Source of the DNA: Fidelibacterota bacterium
Lineage (GTDB): Bacteria > Fidelibacterota > UBA2242
Assembly: GCA_049975265.1 (NCBI GenBank)
Contig: JBNGDF010000004.1
Coordinates: 63,872-127,871, forward strand
Direction: 5' to 3'
Length of the DNA stretch: 64,000 bases
Part shown: piece by piece, positions 59,645 through 64,000 of the stretch
How positions within the stretch are numbered: the stretch's first letter is position 1
How the letters are laid out: every line of letters begins with the position of its first letter
Position numbers and translations under genes: made by a program
The notes under the pieces: generated by a model
What the model saw: only the letters and a program-made list of their open reading frames with translations
The model's database searches: none
Told to the model about the DNA's origin: nothing

Positions 59645-60661
59645 ATGAATAACAAAGGAATATTGATCCTGACGCTGCTGCTGACACTGGCTTTTATGTT
59701 CTGTGAGACCAATCTCGGACCGGATGATGGCGATACCGATCCCGCCGATTCCACGGCACCGGCGATTCCCACCGGGCTGCTTCTGAATGAAGACGCTTCG
59801 GTGGAAGGGGTGATTGAATTCTCCTGGCAGGCGAATACCGAAAGCGATCTTAAAAAATACCGCATCTACCGGGCAACCGGCACGGATTCCCCGTCGCTGT
59901 ATACCTTGATTCATGAGACGGTTCTGACCAGCTATGCCGACTCCAATATGGAATATCTCACGAACTATTTCTACCGGGTTTCGGCGATGGATAAAAACAA
60001 TAACGAAAGTGCGAAAAGCGCCGCCCTGCCGGCGACAACGGTCAATATCAATCCGCCCGGCATTCCGCAGAATTTCACCGTCTATGCCTACAACCTCCCG
60101 GGCGAAGGACCCTGTGTGGAACTCCACTGGGAGGCGAATCCGGAAGCCGATTTGAGCCATTACAACGTCTATCGCCATACCAGTAGGCAGCTGACCACCG
60201 ATTCGGTCTATTTTGTCGCCCGCACAACCAATTGTCTCTATGTGGATACCGGTGTGGACATCGGCGTGAAGTACTATTACCGGATCACGGCGGTGGATAA
60301 AGGGGAGTGGTCCAGTAATCCGGTCAATGCAAAGGCGGATACGCCGCTGCCCCAGCCCTCGCTGATCTTTCCGCCCCACATGTCCACCAGAGAAACCTGC
60401 AGCCCCGGCTATTCCTGGGAGCGGGTCGAAGGCGCCTCAAGGTACGAACTGATCATCCAGACATCGCTCCAGAGCGGGGAGGTGGAACGCCTGGAGGTTG
60501 ACCAGCCTAGCGACGGTACGACCGTCGTCAAAGACAGCGGCGTGCCGACACTGGAACCGAATACAAAATACTACTGGCTGGTAGCCGTCTTTTCGTCCGA
60601 TAACAGCTCCGCCAATACTTACAGCGACAGCACCTGGGTTTTCTGGACACCGTCGCTGTAA
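59645..60661 (+). CDS. Fibronectin type III repeat lipoprotein
   Basis: Lipobox-like FMFC; two W.AN.E.DL..Y..YR / YYY.(V/I).A.D repeats. Confidence 0.75.
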   Translation: MNNKGILILTLLLTLAFMFCETNLGPDDGDTDPADSTAPAIPTGLLLNEDASVEGVIEFSWQANTESDLKKYRIYRATGTDSPSLYTLIHETVLTSYADSNMEYLTNYFYRVSAMDKNNNESAKSAALPATTVNINPPGIPQNFTVYAYNLPGEGPCVELHWEANPEADLSHYNVYRHTSRQLTTDSVYFVARTTNCLYVDTGVDIGVKYYYRITAVDKGEWSSNPVNAKADTPLPQPSLIFPPHMSTRETCSPGYSWERVEGASRYELIIQTSLQSGEVERLEVDQPSDGTTVVKDSGVPTLEPNTKYYWLVAVFSSDNSSANTYSDSTWVFWTPSL

Positions 60662-60680
60662 GCAAACAGCTCAGCATGCT

Positions 60681-60749
60681 CAACCTTCCGAAGGTCGTAA
60701 AGACTTATGTCTTCTGGTCTGGATTTTTTTTCTGACCTTCGGTAGGTTG
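60681..60749. repeat. REP-like inverted repeat pair
   Basis: CAACCTTCCGAAGGTC (60681) and GACCTTCGGTAGGTTG (60734), 15/16 inverted match, between convergent genes. Confidence 0.6.
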
Positions 60750-61094
60750 GAAGTTATTCCGGAATGATTGCGGGAGGCTGTCGAATACCAGGCGGTAGGA
60801 TGTATCAATCTGGTCCAGGATCAGCTCGTCAGGCAGGCTGCCATCCAGAATCAGGGTATTCCAGTGCAGTTTGTTCATGTGATAGCTCGGAATAATCGCC
60901 GGGAACTGCTGGCGCAGGATTTCGTTGTCGTTGGGATCGCCTTTCAGGTTAATCCGGGTGGGCGATTCGTCCAGGGAAACCAGGGCAAACATTTTCCTGC
61001 CGACTTTCAGCACCAGGGTCACCGGGTCAAAAGGAAAGGTCTCGACCGCCCCTGGTTTTGATAAGAAGAATTTTCGTAATTGCTCTAAATCCAA
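60705..61094 (-). CDS. MmcQ/YjbR family DNA-binding protein
   Basis: FPF....LKV..KMFA, NLK, YHMNK.HWNT, SY.LV. Confidence 0.9.
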   Translation of the reverse strand: MDLEQLRKFFLSKPGAVETFPFDPVTLVLKVGRKMFALVSLDESPTRINLKGDPNDNEILRQQFPAIIPSYHMNKLHWNTLILDGSLPDELILDQIDTSYRLVFDSLPQSFRNNFQPTEGQKKNPDQKT

Positions 61095-61102
61095 ATGTCC
61101 GC

Positions 61103-61327
61103 CTATTCCACGATAGTGACAAACTTTCTCCTGCGGATGCTGCAGCTCAATGCCGCCAGCAGAATACAGATAAGGGTGCTGACCGGTGTAAAGGTACAGT
61201 GGGCGTAGTAACCCAGCGGGCAGGCTTTTGAGGCGCTGGCTTGCGGTAGAATTGTCGAAATAGCAGCAAGAGTGAACAGAATCGTCAGGATCATCAGCTT
61301 GCCATAGCCTTTTTTACGATGTTTCAT
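61103..61327 (-). CDS. Small membrane protein
   Basis: Two hydrophobic segments around KACPLGYYAHCTFTP; GGAG RBS. Confidence 0.6.
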   Translation of the reverse strand: MKHRKKGYGKLMILTILFTLAAISTILPQASASKACPLGYYAHCTFTPVSTLICILLAALSCSIRRRKFVTIVE

Positions 61328-61356
61328 TTTAATTTCCTCACAGGTTGGACCACAAT

Positions 61357-62499
61357 TTACATTAAACGATCGATCCGTTTATCAATGGACGGATGGCTGT
61401 AAAACAAAACCTCCACCAGTGGATGCGGCGTTCGATCGGATAGATTCTGTTCCGCCAGTTTATTCAGACCGTTGATCAGCGGTTGCGGGGCGCCGGTCAG
61501 CCGGACGGCGAAGTCATCGGCGGCACGCTCATTGGCGCGGGAGTAGGCGTTCTGCAGCGGGGCTGTCACGAACTGATAAAGCGTCAGAATCACGGCGATC
61601 AGGGGCAGTGCGGCGATCTGGGCGGGATTGTCGAAGTGAAAAGCAGGCAGCGCGGATTGATACAGCCGGGAGGCGAGATAGAGACCGAGGAAGGTCAGCA
61701 GCGTCCCGACGAACATGCCTTTCCAGATGTGGTTTAGTTTATAATGCCCCAGTTCATGCGCCAGCACGGCGAGAATTTCACCGTGATCCAGATTATCGAG
61801 GAGTGTGTCGCCGAGGATGACCCGCTTCGATCTGCCGATGCCGGTAAAGGCGGCGTTGGCTTTGCGGGTGGTTTTGCTCAGATTGAACTGATAGACGCCC
61901 TCCAGCCGCAAGCCGACCCCGGCGCAGAGTGCGGCAACCTTATCCGCCAGGGTTTTGTCCGCCAGCGGTGAAAATTTATAAAACAGCGGAAAGATCAGAA
62001 CCGGTGCCAGACGGGTTAGTATTATGGAGAATAAAACCAGTACAATGCCCAACCAGATCCACCAATTCTGTGGATAATGTCGCAGCAGGGCAAAGAAAAT
62101 CGTAATAATGATCAATATCAACGGGTGAGAGACGAGTACCCGCTTGAGCTGTTCCCGGAACCAGGCGCCGAATTTTTGGTCGCTGAGCCGGTAGTGTCGC
62201 TCGATCAGGAAACCGGAGGCGAGGTTCAGTGGGAAGAGCAGCACGGCTTCAAACAGTCCGATGGCAGTTACGAAGATAATCATGACGAGGTAGTCGTTCC
62301 CGACCCAGTGGCGGATCAGCTGTTCGAGTTTGAGAGTACCGCCGCTGGCGACGATGAAAATCAGAAACGCCAGCCCGATCAGAAATTCAGTGACCGAAAG
62401 CAGTAGTCTTTGACGCTGATACGTTTTGCCGGCACCGGTTCGATTTGCTGCAAAGGGTATGGTTTCGGTCATGTTGAGGAGAGATATCGGCAGTGGCAT
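61357..62499 (-). CDS. M48 (Ste24-type) membrane zinc protease
   Basis: ANAAFTG.G..KR, LAHELGH, E..AD, YSHP; start may be 62472. Confidence 0.9.
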   Translation of the reverse strand: MPLPISLLNMTETIPFAANRTGAGKTYQRQRLLLSVTEFLIGLAFLIFIVASGGTLKLEQLIRHWVGNDYLVMIIFVTAIGLFEAVLLFPLNLASGFLIERHYRLSDQKFGAWFREQLKRVLVSHPLILIIITIFFALLRHYPQNWWIWLGIVLVLFSIILTRLAPVLIFPLFYKFSPLADKTLADKVAALCAGVGLRLEGVYQFNLSKTTRKANAAFTGIGRSKRVILGDTLLDNLDHGEILAVLAHELGHYKLNHIWKGMFVGTLLTFLGLYLASRLYQSALPAFHFDNPAQIAALPLIAVILTLYQFVTAPLQNAYSRANERAADDFAVRLTGAPQPLINGLNKLAEQNLSDRTPHPLVEVLFYSHPSIDKRIDRLM

Positions 62500-62541
62500 T
62501 GTGTAAATGACGGAGGCGATCGTTACCGAAGCAACGATTGG

Positions 62542-63015
62542 CTAGGTGATTTTTTGTTTCATCTCCGCCAGTTTCACGACATGGCTGCGCTCTTCGTCGA
62601 TGATTTTTTCAATGAGTCCCTGTTCGCTGGCGGGAATCAGCTCTCTGATCTCCCGGTAGTAGTGAATCGTATCCAGCTCCTTTTCAAGGGCGTAGAACAG
62701 GGCGGTTCTTTCATCGTCTATAGCGGCGATTTTGCGATCCGTATCCGATTCGGTAAAGATCAGATTCTCGGAATAGGCGTCCAGATAGGCTTTGTAATCG
62801 GCATCCAGCTGTTTCGGCAGCTGCATGGAGCCCATGCGGGCAGCCAGTTTTTCAAAGGTCTGTTTGTGTTTAACCTCTTCATCGGCGAGAAAGAGAAAGA
62901 GTTTTTCTATTTCGGGATTGGTCAGTTTATCTGCCGTGTCACGGTAAAATTTCTCGCCGTTTTCCTCGATTTTGACGGCAAATTCAAATACATCCTTTGC
63001 GGAAAAAAGGGACAT
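62542..63015 (-). CDS. Ferritin-like / rubrerythrin family protein
   Basis: E..G..FY, LADEEVKH, E....YY, EE.SH. Confidence 0.88.
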   Translation of the reverse strand: MSLFSAKDVFEFAVKIEENGEKFYRDTADKLTNPEIEKLFLFLADEEVKHKQTFEKLAARMGSMQLPKQLDADYKAYLDAYSENLIFTESDTDRKIAAIDDERTALFYALEKELDTIHYYREIRELIPASEQGLIEKIIDEERSHVVKLAEMKQKIT

Positions 63016-63075
63016 AACGATCTCCTTACAGATAGGGTTGGCGGTAATGCGAATTTGCTGCAGGCAGCGTCGTGA

Positions 63076-63234
63076 TTATTCCTTATCAAACTCGTCTTTG
63101 CCAACGCCGCAGACCGGACAGACCCAGTCGTCAGGTAGGTCTTCGAACGCAGTACCGGCTTCGATACCGTTATCGGGATCGCCTTCCTCGGGATCGTAAA
63201 CATAGCCGCATACGGAACATACATACCTGTCCAT
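63076..63234 (-). CDS. Rubredoxin (52 aa; absent from the ORF track)
   Basis: Manual translation [61 protein letters not shown]. Confidence 0.95.
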   Translation of the reverse strand: MDRYVCSVCGYVYDPEEGDPDNGIEAGTAFEDLPDDWVCPVCGVGKDEFDKE

Positions 63235-63326
63235 GAATTACCTCCTTGATTGCGTTGTTGCTTGTAATAGTGTCATATTGTCGGGATTGTATGAAATACC
63301 GAAATCGCTACCCGAACCTGTCGGTT

Positions 63327-63551
63327 TCAGGCGACCTGTTCGACGGCTTTGACTTCCGGGATCTCTTTTTTCAATTTATTTTCGATGCCCATTTTCAGCG
63401 TGTAGGTGCTCATGGGACAGCCGCTGCAGGCGCCGGTCAGCCGGACTTTGACGATGCCGTCATCGGTTACCTCCACCAGCTCCACATTGCCGCCATCTGC
63501 TTGCAGGAAGGGACGAACTGCATCAAGTACTTTTTTTACCTGTTCTTTCAT
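63327..63551 (-). CDS. NifU C-terminal (Nfu) domain protein
   Basis: [26 protein letters not shown] 63551. Confidence 0.92.
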   Translation of the reverse strand: MKEQVKKVLDAVRPFLQADGGNVELVEVTDDGIVKVRLTGACSGCPMSTYTLKMGIENKLKKEIPEVKAVEQVA

Positions 63552-63681
63552 GAAATACCTTTCCGGTTTAATTTGATTGATTCTCCATCCGGATAATAAA
63601 TTACGTCTAAACGTCGCCTTATCCAAATAGATTTGCTGGGCGCGGGAAGGTTACAAACATTGTCCGGTTGCCAAAATAAAC

Positions 63682-63710
63682 TTGACAACAAAAGTGAGCA
63701 TTCCTAATCT
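63682..63710 (+). promoter_or_regulatory. Sigma70-type promoter
   Basis: TTGACA-17-TAATCT. Confidence 0.55.
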
Positions 63711-63744
63711 AAGCAGCGTAATTGAATCAAACCGGAGGTGATCC

Positions 63745-64000
63745 ATGGTTGCACAACAGGGCAATAAATCAAATTTCGTATGGGGAGTGTTACTGATTCT
63801 GCTCGGAATCTTTTTACTGGCAGCGCAGTTCGGCTACATCTGCTGGGATAATCTGTGGCCCTTTATACTGATCATCGGCGGCGGGCTCTTTTTATTCGGC
63901 TTTCTGGCGAACCGAAACAATTATGGATTGCTGATGCCGGGCTCGATCCTGACGATCGTCGGATTGCTGTTTCTCTATACCAATGCCGGGCGCTGGGATG
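63745..64000 (+). CDS. Membrane protein (LiaF/DUF5668-like N-terminus), truncated by the window edge
   Basis: GGAGG RBS; MVAQQGNKSNFVWGVLLILLGIFLL...LWPFILIIGG. Confidence 0.65.
   Translation, partial: MVAQQGNKSNFVWGVLLILLGIFLLAAQFGYICWDNLWPFILIIGGGLFLFGFLANRNNYGLLMPGSILTIVGLLFLYTNAGRWD

Noticed and set aside
1..64000. Genome-wide TAG reassignment
   Set aside because: TAG ends several full-length genes at the expected position (def 13639, transporter 23020, TonB receptor 30174 after its terminal Phe)
1..64000. CRISPR array, tRNA, rRNA, prophage or defence genes
   Set aside because: No regularly spaced repeats, cloverleaf, rRNA signature, or phage/defence motifs were recognised by eye

Overview
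Bacterial window, probably from an anaerobic diderm of the FCB-related lineages. This is inferred from the TonB receptor, a secreted protein with an 'NYPNPFN' C-terminal sorting/FlgD-Ig domain, a flavodiiron protein and rubredoxin. Layout: (1) 1-27.1 kb is one co-directional block of Fe-S, metal and redox accessory genes: ferredoxins, Mrp, paired MinD-type 4Fe-4S ATPases, three NifB/NifX-family proteins, CGGC, AmrS, DUF89, LarA-like, def, map and fbaB. (2) 27.2-30.2 kb holds a His-rich ORF ending in RGPP, followed by a TonB-dependent receptor. (3) 30-49.7 kb is a minus-strand block with two TetR units (RND/LolA-like/DUF1302-like, and cupin/ferredoxin/FprA), asnB, rsgA, a radical SAM protein and secreted proteins. 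(4) 49.77-51.48 kb is a 1.7-kb element with two tandem DUF1670-like genes, bounded by 17-bp inverted repeats that each contain the palindrome TCATATGA and lacking any recognisable transposase. It is the best candidate for an undescribed mobile system. (5) 52-64 kb carries lipid genes (patatin-Omp85, DAK2-DegV fusion, plsY, PLD) and redox genes. There is also an unannotated ~120-nt structured RNA candidate at 41.36-41.47 kb. Many decay scars are present (internal deletions, frameshifts, in-frame amber stops). No rRNA, tRNA or CRISPR array was seen. All family calls come from motif recognition by eye, not from database searches.
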